A stretch of DNA of 64,000 nucleotides, taken from assembly GCA_963760795.1 (NCBI GenBank), contig CAVXEP010000029.1:96001-160000 (forward strand), read 5' to 3'. The translations under genes were made by a program, and so were the position numbers. The notes beneath the pieces were generated by a model. It did not search any database and was not told where the DNA came from. It saw nothing but the letters and a program-made list of their open reading frames with translations. Origin of the DNA: an uncultured delta proteobacterium. Its GTDB lineage: Bacteria; Desulfobacterota; Binatia; UBA9968. This document shows positions 40,536-50,375 of the stretch, in pieces. Position 1 is the first letter of the stretch, and each line of letters starts with the position of its first letter.

Positions 40536-41678
40536 TTAACGTTTTTTGGCGAGCTCCAGTCCTTCCTCGAAGGCATCGATGATCGGTTTGCGCTCCAGCC
40601 ACTCCTTGCGCGCGTCGAGATCTAAATAGTCGACCTTCGGGTTGCGCACTTCTTCGGCGGTGACGTCGTCTTTCGGAATATCGATACGCAGCGAATCGAC
40701 GCCGCCGAGTCCCGTTTTGTTCAATTCCCGTTGCAATGCCAGTTGTCCGTCGCGCGAGAGAAACCAGTTGATAAAAACCCGCGCGGCGTTTGGATGGGGC
40801 GCGTTAGTTGGCAAAACGATCGTACCGTAGAGAGACACGAGGCCGGCGCCTTCGCTCATAGCGCCGAAGGTGTCGACGGGCAGACCCTGCGCGTTGGCTT
40901 TGCGCACTTCATCGGCGCTGCAAAAAAAGCAGATGGCGAATTTGCCGTTGGCCAGCCAGTCCACGCCCTGACGCGTTTCGCGGAACAACGTCACATCCAT
41001 CTGCCCGAAGAGCCGTTTGATGAATTCCGGACCGATCTTCGGACTATAGTAGAAAAAGCGCATGGCACCGTTGCCAGGTCCAGGTTGGCGAATATCGCGC
41101 GCGCCGACCCTGCCTTTCCACTTCGGATTTAAGAATTCCCAGATAGATTTGATCTCACCGGGCTTTACCAAATTCGAGTTGTAATAGATCGAGCCGTACT
41201 GCGGGCTGCCGACGAAGCGCAAAACATACTGCTTCTCGGCATCGGCGTAATGATGTTTCCCCTGCCACCACTTCGATTCATCGAGCACTTCAGGAAGAAC
41301 CAGCGCAGGCTTGATCGGGTCGAGCATCTTGCCTGCGTGAAACACGGTCAAATTGGGATTGATGCCCTCGACGATCACGTCAGCGATGTATTTACCGGCG
41401 CGTCGCTCGGCAGTGATCTGCTGCATGATCTGCGGCGGGCTGCCGCCGGTACGGACAACTTTAATTTCGGGAAACGCCTTTTGAAACACACCGGCGTCGA
41501 TAACCGGCCCCCACTGACCGAGGTAGAGGGAAAGCTGCCCTTCCTTCTTGGCTGCCTCGACGATTTTTTTCCATTCGCGTTCGTGTTGCGATTGTCCGCG
41601 CGCCGGATCCCGTGTGTACACAAGCGCCAAAGCGATACTCGTGAAGACGAGGGCGAGTCTGCCAATTCGAATCGACAT
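40536..41678 (-). CDS. ABC transporter solute-binding protein
   Basis: EWKKIVEAAKKEG, ERRAGK..AD and APHPNAARVFINWFLSRDGQ. Confidence 0.85.
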   Translation of the reverse strand: MSIRIGRLALVFTSIALALVYTRDPARGQSQHEREWKKIVEAAKKEGQLSLYLGQWGPVIDAGVFQKAFPEIKVVRTGGSPPQIMQQITAERRAGKYIADVIVEGINPNLTVFHAGKMLDPIKPALVLPEVLDESKWWQGKHHYADAEKQYVLRFVGSPQYGSIYYNSNLVKPGEIKSIWEFLNPKWKGRVGARDIRQPGPGNGAMRFFYYSPKIGPEFIKRLFGQMDVTLFRETRQGVDWLANGKFAICFFCSADEVRKANAQGLPVDTFGAMSEGAGLVSLYGTIVLPTNAPHPNAARVFINWFLSRDGQLALQRELNKTGLGGVDSLRIDIPKDDVTAEEVRNPKVDYLDLDARKEWLERKPIIDAFEEGLELAKKR

Positions 41679-41690
41679 CTTATCTCCTTA

Positions 41691-43328
41691 TCAGCTGCTG
41701 GCTTTTTCGCCGCGCCGGCCGAACATGTCCTCGGTGATGGGCTTTTGCCGCTTGGCCATTTCTTCGCCGATCTCGAGATACTGTCCGTTGACGATCATAT
41801 TGGCGAAGCGCTGCATCTCTTCGCTCCAGTAGCCTAGCTCGTAGCCATGCCAGGGCGGACGCAATTCCGGCTCGGGCAAATCTTTCTGTTGGCGCCACAG
41901 CTCAATGGCTCTATTCATAAATTGTTTGCGTGGCAAGGCTAGGGGCGGGTAGGGATACTTGCGGGTGGCGTTGACGATCAACCGGCTGTACTGATCGCGG
42001 GCGCCCGACGATTCCATTTTCCCCTGGCCTGAACCAGTGACCGCGGCAGATGGATCCAAACCGCCCAGGCCGCCGCTGACGATTTTTAAATCCTCTTTCG
42101 GTTTGGTACGAAAACTCATCGCCCAGATGATCAGTTCTGGATCGTTGAGCGGAATATCGTTATCGACGATGACCATATACTTCGCCGGACCACTGGTTTC
42201 GAGCTCGGCGACGATTTTTTGCACCTCGCCTTGGCTCACACCGTCATTGACGCGAATCAAACAAAAGTCGCTGCCGCCGCCGAACTGGGGGAATTGCACT
42301 TCAACCACCGGCAAGCTCTTCTCATATTTTAAAATATGATAGAGCTGTGCCGCGTGGGTGAAGCCCCAGACAAGGTTGGTGTCGCTGGGCGGAAAGCCCA
42401 CGGTTACCGGGGTGAACCAGGCGCCCTTGCGATGGGTGATGGCGGTGACTTTGAAAACCGGCCGGACGTTATAATCGACGTTCAAATAACCTGGGTACTC
42501 GCCGAAGGGGAGACGCGGTTCCGCCGTCTCCGTCGACACGATGCCTTCAATGACAGCTTCGCAGTAGGCGGGGACTTCCAGCGGGACGGTCTTGCAGCGC
42601 ACCATTTCAAGCGGCGCCCCCGATAGTCCGCCGGCGATGGCCAATTCGTCGACACCATAAGGAATATCGGCGGAGCCGACCAACATGACTTCCGGTGTGC
42701 AGCCGATCAGGATGGCAAGGGGCATGCCTTCGTTGCGAAGGCGCGCCGCTTGCCAGTGGTAGCGCATGGCGTCATGCACCGAGCCGATGGCCGCGACCAT
42801 GCGGTCCTTGGCGCGGAAAAACGCATTGTAGGTTCCGACATTACGGATACCGGTCGCAGGATCACGAGTGATCATCGGCAGACCGGTGCGCAGAATGCCG
42901 CTGAAGCCGGGTTCTTCTACCGGCACTGGAAAAGCGTCGAGACCGATTTCTTGCAAGGTGTCGCCGGTATGGACTTCTTCGTGTACCGGTCCGTTTTCTA
43001 CGATGGTCGGCGCGATAGGATTGGCAAGGGCGTGATGCCACTTGTCGAGCAGCTGGACATAATTCTCGCAACCGAGAGCGATCGCCAGAATATCGGTTGA
43101 GGCGCCATAGATGCCCGAGAGCACGGACATGTCGTACCGACCGTGGGCACTGCCGACAACGTTTTCGAACAGTAGCGCTTTTCTTTTCGTTTCGGGCAAA
43201 CCGCGCATCTGCACGCGAAACAGCGCACCGATCTCAGTGTCTTTGTTAACTTGTTCTTTGAATCGGTAAAGCTTACCGACCGACTCGAGATGTTGAACTA
43301 ACGCTCTAAGATCGCGAAAATTGCCCAT
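41691..43328 (-). CDS. UbiD-family (prFMN-dependent) decarboxylase with non-canonical active-site motifs
   Basis: F.DLR.....LE..G.L, ALLFENV, ITRDP.TG.RNVGTY, LEVPA..E.VIEG, PFGEY.GY, AITHR and IVDNDI. Confidence 0.88.
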   Translation of the reverse strand: MGNFRDLRALVQHLESVGKLYRFKEQVNKDTEIGALFRVQMRGLPETKRKALLFENVVGSAHGRYDMSVLSGIYGASTDILAIALGCENYVQLLDKWHHALANPIAPTIVENGPVHEEVHTGDTLQEIGLDAFPVPVEEPGFSGILRTGLPMITRDPATGIRNVGTYNAFFRAKDRMVAAIGSVHDAMRYHWQAARLRNEGMPLAILIGCTPEVMLVGSADIPYGVDELAIAGGLSGAPLEMVRCKTVPLEVPAYCEAVIEGIVSTETAEPRLPFGEYPGYLNVDYNVRPVFKVTAITHRKGAWFTPVTVGFPPSDTNLVWGFTHAAQLYHILKYEKSLPVVEVQFPQFGGGSDFCLIRVNDGVSQGEVQKIVAELETSGPAKYMVIVDNDIPLNDPELIIWAMSFRTKPKEDLKIVSGGLGGLDPSAAVTGSGQGKMESSGARDQYSRLIVNATRKYPYPPLALPRKQFMNRAIELWRQQKDLPEPELRPPWHGYELGYWSEEMQRFANMIVNGQYLEIGEEMAKRQKPITEDMFGRRGEKASS

Positions 43329-43347
43329 AATACTCCTCGAATTAAAT

Positions 43348-44511
43348 TTACTTCGCTTCTTCTTTTGAACCTTTGCCCAATATGCTTTGCACCAGCTTCA
43401 CATAGCCGTCTCTTTGCATCCATTCCTCGCGGCTATCCAAGTCCATGTAGTCAACGCCGTCGCGCCGCCGGTTATCGGCGGGAATATCGTCTTTGGGAAA
43501 GTCGATGCGCAGCGAATCCGGCGGCTCTTCTTGACCGCCGCTAAGCGCTTTTTGCAGCGTCAATTGACCTTCTCGTGATAACAACCAGTTGATAAATACC
43601 TTGGCTGCGCTTGGGTGCGGCGGTGACTTCGGCAGCACGAGGGCGCCGTAGCCGGAGACCAGACCGGCGCCTTCTTTCATGGGCCCAAAAGTATCCACCG
43701 GAAGTCCCTGACTTGCGGCCTTATAAACATCCGACGCGCAAAAAAAACAAATCGCATATTTCCCATTGGCCAACCAATCGACACCGACACGCCCGTCGCG
43801 AAACAACGTAATATCCATCTGGCCGAACAGACGTTTGATAAATTCCTGGCCGATGTGTGGACTGTTATAAAAAAAGCGCATGGCGCCATTGCCGGGCCCA
43901 GGTCGGGTTACGTCACGCGCAGCGATTTTCCCCTTCCATTTCGGATTGACGAAATCCCAAATGGATTTGAAATCCTCTTCTTTTGCCAGCTTGGTGTTGT
44001 AGGAAATCGAGCCGTACTGAGGATTGCCGGAGAATTTGAATATGAATTGATTGTCCGGATCGGCGTAGAGATGTTTTCCGCGCCACCATTTCGCTTCGTC
44101 GACCACGTCCGGAAGAATCAGGACCGCCTTCACCGGATCCAACATTTTCGCCTGTAACAGTTCGCGGCTGACATTGACGCCAATCACGACTACGTCCGCC
44201 GAAAACTTGTTGGCGCGTCGTTCGGCCATGATCTTTTGCGACAAGTCTGGCACGCTGCCAGTCACCAGCGACAAGCGTATATTGGGAAACGTCTTCTGGA
44301 ACACATTGGCGGTTTGGATGGCGTTGCCCCAGGTGGCGTACATGTAGACGTTGACCTGGCCTTCTTTGTAAGCGGCTTCGACGGTGCGGCTCCACTCTGT
44401 GGGCACGGATGGCGCCGAGGCAGCGAATGTCGATGAAGGTTCGCGTAAACCGCTCATGACTAACGTCAGTAATGCCGCCGTCAAATATTTGCTGCGTCGA
44501 TCACCACGCAT
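43348..44511 (-). CDS. ABC transporter solute-binding protein
   Basis: Close paralogue of 40536..41678 (GPGNGAMRFFY, LANGK.AICFFC); start at MRGDRR with GAGGA RBS. Confidence 0.85.
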   Translation of the reverse strand: MRGDRRSKYLTAALLTLVMSGLREPSSTFAASAPSVPTEWSRTVEAAYKEGQVNVYMYATWGNAIQTANVFQKTFPNIRLSLVTGSVPDLSQKIMAERRANKFSADVVVIGVNVSRELLQAKMLDPVKAVLILPDVVDEAKWWRGKHLYADPDNQFIFKFSGNPQYGSISYNTKLAKEEDFKSIWDFVNPKWKGKIAARDVTRPGPGNGAMRFFYNSPHIGQEFIKRLFGQMDITLFRDGRVGVDWLANGKYAICFFCASDVYKAASQGLPVDTFGPMKEGAGLVSGYGALVLPKSPPHPSAAKVFINWLLSREGQLTLQKALSGGQEEPPDSLRIDFPKDDIPADNRRRDGVDYMDLDSREEWMQRDGYVKLVQSILGKGSKEEAK

Positions 44512-44641
44512 AGAATCCTCGATTATCGTCGCTGTAAAAACCTTACGGTTTAGAACTTTTGCCATGATGGCAGCTCTGTGACAAATAACGATCGTGATCA
44601 TTCAACCGGGTAGGGGCGGAATATTTTTCGACCCTATTCAA

Positions 44642-45625
44642 TCATAAATAGCCGGAGTCGCGATAATAGGCGTCGGCGCCGGGATGAAGCGGGATCAGGC
44701 AATCGCGGCACATCGCTTCCGGGCGGATCTCGGCGGCCAGCGAGGCATGCTTGCCGCCGCCATACTTTTTCTCGATTACCTGACGCGTGTCAACGGCGGC
44801 CCGCGTAATTTGATAGGCGATCTCATCGGGTAACTCTGCGCTGCTGAAAAGCAGCCAGCCGCCAAAACCGACTGTGCGTATTTCACGGGTTAAGCTCGGA
44901 AAGCGCTCGGTGCCAAGGACGACTTTACCCAAGCCGAGCTTTTGGTCGAGGCGACCGATGATCTCCTCGTTGACGGATAGAAAGTCCACCTCGGTCTTGG
45001 CGATCAACTGATCCCACATCGGCATCATCTGCGCTTCATTGAACACCGCTTCAACCTTGCCGTCCATCATCAGCGGTAAGCCTTCAGTGGTTTTGCCGGA
45101 GAAAGTAACGTCGCCGCCCCACTGTTGGAGCATCTCAAGGCTGCCGCCATATTCCTTGAGCACAGAATCGACGACGAAGGAAACCAGGTCCAACTGATCG
45201 TGGTTCTTTCGTCCAGTGGCAACTTTCAACGGATAGCGGCGTTCGACCAAGTCGTCGAGGGATGCTATGCCCGTCGCCTTGGATACGGCGAACAGCACGC
45301 AATCATGATGCGGATAGCTGGCGATGGCGCGCAAGTTTGGATGCGCCGTCTTGAATGGTCCCGTACCGTTCATCGCTAGCCACGCGGTCGCGGTGGGCGT
45401 GGTGATGCCGAAATCGAATTCTCCGTTGGCGACGGCAACGGGGTTGCCCAACGCTCCCAAGCCAAAACGCGGTGTAAACACGCCGACCGAATAACCGCGC
45501 AGCGGGCCTTTGCCATAACTACTGAGCACCCGGGCGATCTCGGTGGCGATGACCCACCAGGGATGATTCGCCTGCTGGGTGACGAAGGTGACGGATTTGT
45601 TTTCGCGGCCAGTATCCATGGGCAT
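44642..45625 (-). CDS. TAXI-family TRAP solute-binding protein-like
   Basis: NLRAIA, GI.SL.DL, DG.V.A, LP.E.AY.IT and IPLHPGA..YYR..GYL C-terminus. Confidence 0.75.
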   Translation of the reverse strand: MPMDTGRENKSVTFVTQQANHPWWVIATEIARVLSSYGKGPLRGYSVGVFTPRFGLGALGNPVAVANGEFDFGITTPTATAWLAMNGTGPFKTAHPNLRAIASYPHHDCVLFAVSKATGIASLDDLVERRYPLKVATGRKNHDQLDLVSFVVDSVLKEYGGSLEMLQQWGGDVTFSGKTTEGLPLMMDGKVEAVFNEAQMMPMWDQLIAKTEVDFLSVNEEIIGRLDQKLGLGKVVLGTERFPSLTREIRTVGFGGWLLFSSAELPDEIAYQITRAAVDTRQVIEKKYGGGKHASLAAEIRPEAMCRDCLIPLHPGADAYYRDSGYL

Positions 45626-45639
45626 GGCTTTTTTCTCCG

Positions 45640-46623
45640 CTACTGGCTGGCCACCGCCAACAGCGCGCGCTTGGCCAGGGTTTTGGCCAAGTCGACTTTG
45701 TACTGATTCATCTTCAATGGTCGGGCATCGGCGAGGGCGATTTCACTTGCCCGGCCGGCCGAAGCCTCGTCTATCTTCTTGCCGTGCAGAAAATTCTCGG
45801 CCTCGACGCTGCGAAACGGATGAGTGGCGACGCCGCCGAAGACCAATCGCACGCCGTCGGCCTGCGCCGGTCTTTCCTCGGCGACGGCCGCCACGCTGGC
45901 CATGGCGAAATCCCATGACTTGCGATAGGCGAACTTAATATAGGTGCTGCGCACCGGGCGATAGGGAACTTCGATCTCGCTGATGATTTCATCATGCTGC
46001 AAGATGTGACACTGCAACCGGCTACCGATCCAAACATGCCCCGGGAAAAAATCTTCCGCGGCAACGGTGCGCGCGCCGCGAGATGACGCGATGTGGATTA
46101 TTGCATCCAACGCCACCAGCGCCGGCGCCAAGTCGGACGGATGATTCGCCAGACAAAGATGGCCGCCCATGACGCTGCCATATATGCTGCTGTCGCCGCC
46201 GGCGAGATCACAAAATTTTCCACCAGATTTCCAGCAGGAAAATCCATCTTGTAAATACCAACACCAAACATCCTGGCAAAGATTGCCGCCGATGGTGCCG
46301 AAGTTGCGGATCTGCGGCGAAGCGACGACATGGGCCGCTTGGGCCAACGCATGGTAACTCGCTTGAACATCGGCTGACGCGGCGATCTGGGTTAGCGTGG
46401 CGAGGGAGCCGATTCGCAAGCCAAGGTTTTTCTCATGACGAATCTGGTTTAAACCGCGAATGGTTTTCAAATTGACCAGGACTGTGGGCGTGACAATATA
46501 CTTTTTCATACGAAAGAGAATGTCCTGGCCGCCGGCGATGACGCGGGCGGCTTCGCCATGTTGTCCGAGTAATGCGACCGCTTGCTCCAGCGAAGTCGCA
46601 TTGTAATGTTCGAAATCCTTCAA
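45640..46623 (-). CDS. Molybdenum hydroxylase FAD-binding (medium) subunit with 4-Cys insert
   Basis: IAGGQD, VASPQIRN.GTIGGNLCQ and C-x8-C-x7-C-x18-C insert like PaoB/HcrB. Confidence 0.9.
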   Translation of the reverse strand: MKDFEHYNATSLEQAVALLGQHGEAARVIAGGQDILFRMKKYIVTPTVLVNLKTIRGLNQIRHEKNLGLRIGSLATLTQIAASADVQASYHALAQAAHVVASPQIRNFGTIGGNLCQDVWCWYLQDGFSCWKSGGKFCDLAGGDSSIYGSVMGGHLCLANHPSDLAPALVALDAIIHIASSRGARTVAAEDFFPGHVWIGSRLQCHILQHDEIISEIEVPYRPVRSTYIKFAYRKSWDFAMASVAAVAEERPAQADGVRLVFGGVATHPFRSVEAENFLHGKKIDEASAGRASEIALADARPLKMNQYKVDLAKTLAKRALLAVASQ

Positions 46624-48959
46624 TGTCCGCCTCCGTTGACCGCCGCCAGTGCTTTAAGCACGCGGTCCGGACTCATCGGTAGTTCGTAAAGCCGCGCCCC
46701 CGTGGCATTGTAAATCGCGTTGGCGATGGCCGGTGCGACGCCGACATAGGGGATTTCCGAGCAGCCCTTGGCGCCAAACGGGTGGGTCGGTTCGCCCAAC
46801 TCAACCATGATCAGTTCGATATCCGGAATATCCAGAATGCCCGGTGTCTTAAGATCGAGGAACCATTGATTGAGCGGCGTGCCGGTGCGCGCGTCGAAGC
46901 GGAATCCTTCGCTCATGGCATAACCGAGCCCCTGGGAGACGCCGCCACGAATTTGCCCTTCGACGATTAACGGATTGATGGCGCGGCCGACATCGTGGGA
47001 GGAAATGAAACGGCAGATTTTTACTTCACCGGTGCCGGTATCGACCTCGACTTCGGCAAAAGCCGCGGCGAAACCGTAGGCGAACAGAAGTTCATCCTTC
47101 GAGTTGTAACGGTAACTCGCTTTCAACACACCGCCGTTGGCCGCGGCGATCTCGCTGAAGCTAACTTTGCGCGCGGGTAGCCCGGCAACGGCGATGCAGC
47201 GATCGGTTACCACGAGTTGCTCCAGCGGCGCTTCGAGTTTTTCCGCGGCGTGGGCCAGAAGCTGTTGCTTCATCGCTTCAGCAGCCCGAGTGGCGGCAAT
47301 GCCGGCGCAATAAACTGTGCGGCTCGAGTAGGGACCGGAGTCGAAGGGACAGTTGCCGGTGTCGGCGTTGTCACCGCCGATGACGTTGAGCGGCAGCTGC
47401 AAAACCTCGGCGACCATCTGCCGCAGTGTCGTCTGCTGCTCGGCGCCTTGGTCCGGTGTGCCGGAAAAAAGTGAAATCGCGCCGCCGCCATCGACCTCAA
47501 CGCGCGCTTCCGAAGATCCCGATGGATTGCTGCCGCAGCTGTGGATGACCATCGCCATGCCGATGCCGCGCTTGAGCGCCGCGCCGTTGGTATTGGGCGC
47601 TTTCACGCGGCGTGACCAGTCGATCTTGGCCGCGCCTTGGCGCGCGGCTTCTTCGACGCCGACTGAAGACATGACTTTGCCGATGACCGAACACAGCGGA
47701 TCGCCTTCGTAAATGCGATTTTTTAGGCGAAATTCCAGCGGGTCCATATCGATGCCATGGGCAAGCTCATCCATCACCGTCTCCACGGCGAAATGACTCT
47801 CGGCATCGGCGCGGCCGCGATAGGGGCCGGTGGATGGATGATTGGTGCGCACGGTGAATACTTCCCACAGCACATTGGGAATCTTGCGGTAGAGATCCAT
47901 CGGCCGGGTGCAGATGGACTTGGCGATGTTTTCGCCCAGTCCGCCGAACATCCAGAAGCCGTTGTCCATGAACGTGCGCGCTTTGAAAGCGGTCATGCGG
48001 CCATCTTTTTTGGCGCCGGCTTTGACGTAGTGAACCAGTGCCGAGCGGTTGTGTGAGTCGAGGCTCTCTTCTTCGCGGGTGAACCAGACCTTGACCGGTC
48101 GTTTAGTTTCCCGCGCCATGAGCGCGGCGAGGACGGCAAAACGGCCGAGCACTTTTACGCCGAAACCGCCGCCAATTATGCTGGATATTATCCGCACCGA
48201 TTCCTTGGGCAAATCGAGAACCTTGGCGACCGCGCTTTGAACTTTGAACGGATCTTGAACCGAGCACCACAGGGTGCATTGACCGTTCTCGTAGAGGGCG
48301 ACGCAACCCCGCGGTTCATGGGGCACGCCGCTAACATGGGCCTGGTGAAACACTCGCTCGACAATCGTCTCGGCGTTGGCGAAGCCTTCGTCAAGATCGC
48401 CGCGCTGATTGACCCAGGTGGGGATTTCATTGGTGCCGCCCATGACGTTGGTGTGGCTGTCGTTGTCTTTGCTCGCTTTGCCGGGGGCGGCATCTTTCCA
48501 CCAATCAGCGCCGGAGTTGGGTAAATGCAAGGTCGACATCGGCGAATCGTCGCGCACCGCGGCTTCAGTATCGAAGACCGCGGGCAGGACTTCGTAGGTG
48601 ACGCGAATCGCTCGAGCCGCTTCCTCGGCGATGTTCCAATCCTCGGCGACCACTGCGGCGACGGAATCGCCGACGAATGAAACTTCTTCATCCAGCGGGT
48701 AGAGTTCGTCTTTGTAGGGACCAAAAAGTGTCCGTGGCACATCTTTGTGGGTCATGATTTTCACCACGCCCCACATTTTTTCCGCTGCTGAGGTATCGAT
48801 TCTTAAGATCCTTGCATGGGCGTGCGGGCTGCGGGTGAATTTCATCCATAGCATCCTCGGCAACGTAATGTCAGCGGGAAATTTCACCGAGCCGTCGGAT
48901 TTTTTGGCGGCGTAGACCGGCGCGAAGTTTTGTCCGACTACCGACAGATCTTCTTTCAT
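46620..48959 (-). CDS. Molybdenum hydroxylase (xanthine dehydrogenase family) large subunit
   Basis: RSPHAHARI, GGGFG.K, YRG, DPLEFRL.N, SSRT, D.GRAINP..VEGQ..GG..QG.G and GAKG.SE; start MKEDLS. Confidence 0.92.
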   Translation of the reverse strand: MKEDLSVVGQNFAPVYAAKKSDGSVKFPADITLPRMLWMKFTRSPHAHARILRIDTSAAEKMWGVVKIMTHKDVPRTLFGPYKDELYPLDEEVSFVGDSVAAVVAEDWNIAEEAARAIRVTYEVLPAVFDTEAAVRDDSPMSTLHLPNSGADWWKDAAPGKASKDNDSHTNVMGGTNEIPTWVNQRGDLDEGFANAETIVERVFHQAHVSGVPHEPRGCVALYENGQCTLWCSVQDPFKVQSAVAKVLDLPKESVRIISSIIGGGFGVKVLGRFAVLAALMARETKRPVKVWFTREEESLDSHNRSALVHYVKAGAKKDGRMTAFKARTFMDNGFWMFGGLGENIAKSICTRPMDLYRKIPNVLWEVFTVRTNHPSTGPYRGRADAESHFAVETVMDELAHGIDMDPLEFRLKNRIYEGDPLCSVIGKVMSSVGVEEAARQGAAKIDWSRRVKAPNTNGAALKRGIGMAMVIHSCGSNPSGSSEARVEVDGGGAISLFSGTPDQGAEQQTTLRQMVAEVLQLPLNVIGGDNADTGNCPFDSGPYSSRTVYCAGIAATRAAEAMKQQLLAHAAEKLEAPLEQLVVTDRCIAVAGLPARKVSFSEIAAANGGVLKASYRYNSKDELLFAYGFAAAFAEVEVDTGTGEVKICRFISSHDVGRAINPLIVEGQIRGGVSQGLGYAMSEGFRFDARTGTPLNQWFLDLKTPGILDIPDIELIMVELGEPTHPFGAKGCSEIPYVGVAPAIANAIYNATGARLYELPMSPDRVLKALAAVNGGGH

Positions 48960-49477
48960 CGGTGACCTCCGCGGAGCTCCACGGCCGCTTGTTGAACCGC
49001 TTGAACCACCGAGGTGTATCCTGTGCAGCGACAAAGCACGCCCGCGAGGGCGATTTTAATTTCTTCGTCGGTCGGAACGGGATTATGGTCCAACAACCCC
49101 TTCGCCGCCATGATCATGCCCGGCGTGCACCAGCCGCATTGCGCGGCGTAGAGCATGGCGAAATGCTTTTGTAGCGGATGGGGCTCGCCTTCGGTGGCCA
49201 GTGCCTCGATGGTCTGGATCGCTTTGCCCTCGGTTTCGACGGCGAGGGTTAGACATGAGTAAGCATCGACACCGTCGATGAGCACCGTGCACGAACCGCA
49301 GCCGCCGTAATCGCAAGCTCGCTTGGTTCCGGTCATATCCAAGACGTTGCGCAGCACATCGTTTAAAGTCCAGGTAGTCGAGACGTTGACGCGGTGAGAT
49401 TTACCGTTAACGGTTAACTCGATGTCGCGAAAATGGCGGGGATCTGCGGATTTCGTTTCCTCGCTCGGTTCTGGCAC
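48956..49477 (-). CDS. Molybdenum hydroxylase (2Fe-2S) small subunit
   Basis: GTK..C..G.CG.CTV, QCGWCTPG and LCRCTGY. Confidence 0.93.
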   Translation of the reverse strand: MPEPSEETKSADPRHFRDIELTVNGKSHRVNVSTTWTLNDVLRNVLDMTGTKRACDYGGCGSCTVLIDGVDAYSCLTLAVETEGKAIQTIEALATEGEPHPLQKHFAMLYAAQCGWCTPGMIMAAKGLLDHNPVPTDEEIKIALAGVLCRCTGYTSVVQAVQQAAVELRGGHR

Positions 49478-49479
49478 GG

Positions 49480-50352
49480 TTAATTCCCCTTTAAAAAGTC
49501 AAGGACAGTTTTATTGAACTTTTCTACTTCATCGTTTTGCACCTGATGACCTGATTTTTCAAACACGTGAAAGGCGCGCAAATTTGGCAGCAGGTCACGC
49601 AGTTCATAACCCAAGTCAATGGGCGCAAAGCGATCTTCTTTACCCCAGATCATGATGGTTGGAATGGTTAGTTCGGGCAGACGATGCTTCAAACTATATT
49701 GCTGGCGGAGATTGCCCTCCGTCTTTAACCGTTGGCGATATTTGTTATGGCTGCGTTGCGCTTCCAAGGCGCCCGGCAAAGTGGCAAGTTTAAGCCGCCC
49801 GTCGATCAGTTCGTCGGTGATGCCACTCTTATCACAAACCAGGCCATCGATGACCGCCCGCATGTTTTCGCGGGTTGGCTCTTCGGTGAAACGGCGCATC
49901 GCCTTTTGCCCCTCGCTGGGCGCCCGTTCGAGCTCCATGGCGCCGGCGATACTGCCGGATGCGACGAGGACCATTTTTTTCACCCGGTCCGGGTTGTCGA
50001 CCGCGTAGCGTGCCACGCCGTAGGCACCCATGGAATTGCCCATGAGATACACCTGATCTAAGCCAACGGCATCGATGAAATCGGCCAGATGATCGGCGAG
50101 CAATTGATCGGTGTGCGTGATCGCGGGCTTGTCGGTTAGCCCAAAGCCGATGCGATCGAGGGCAAAGACCTGAAAGTGTTGGGCCAATGCCGGAATATTG
50201 CGCCGCCAGCCATACTCGCCGCTCGCTCCCGGCCCGCCCCCATGAACCAAGACGATGGGTTCGCCCTCGCCCGCGACTATGAAACGAGTCTTGATTCCGT
50301 TGGCGCGCACATAAAGCGATTGCCAAGGTTTTGCCTGAGTTGTTTCTGCCAT
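49480..50352 (-). CDS. Alpha/beta hydrolase (meta-cleavage-product hydrolase-like)
   Basis: HGGGPGASG, GNSMGA, WGKEDRF.P and SGHQVQ. Confidence 0.87.
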   Translation of the reverse strand: MAETTQAKPWQSLYVRANGIKTRFIVAGEGEPIVLVHGGGPGASGEYGWRRNIPALAQHFQVFALDRIGFGLTDKPAITHTDQLLADHLADFIDAVGLDQVYLMGNSMGAYGVARYAVDNPDRVKKMVLVASGSIAGAMELERAPSEGQKAMRRFTEEPTRENMRAVIDGLVCDKSGITDELIDGRLKLATLPGALEAQRSHNKYRQRLKTEGNLRQQYSLKHRLPELTIPTIMIWGKEDRFAPIDLGYELRDLLPNLRAFHVFEKSGHQVQNDEVEKFNKTVLDFLKGN

Positions 50353-50375
50353 GATCCCTCCTGATTTAATCGCTG

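Noticed and set aside
46620-48959. Aerobic CO dehydrogenase CoxL
   Set aside because: Lacks AYRCSFR or AYRGAGR, the order is S-L-M, and there are no cox accessory genes.
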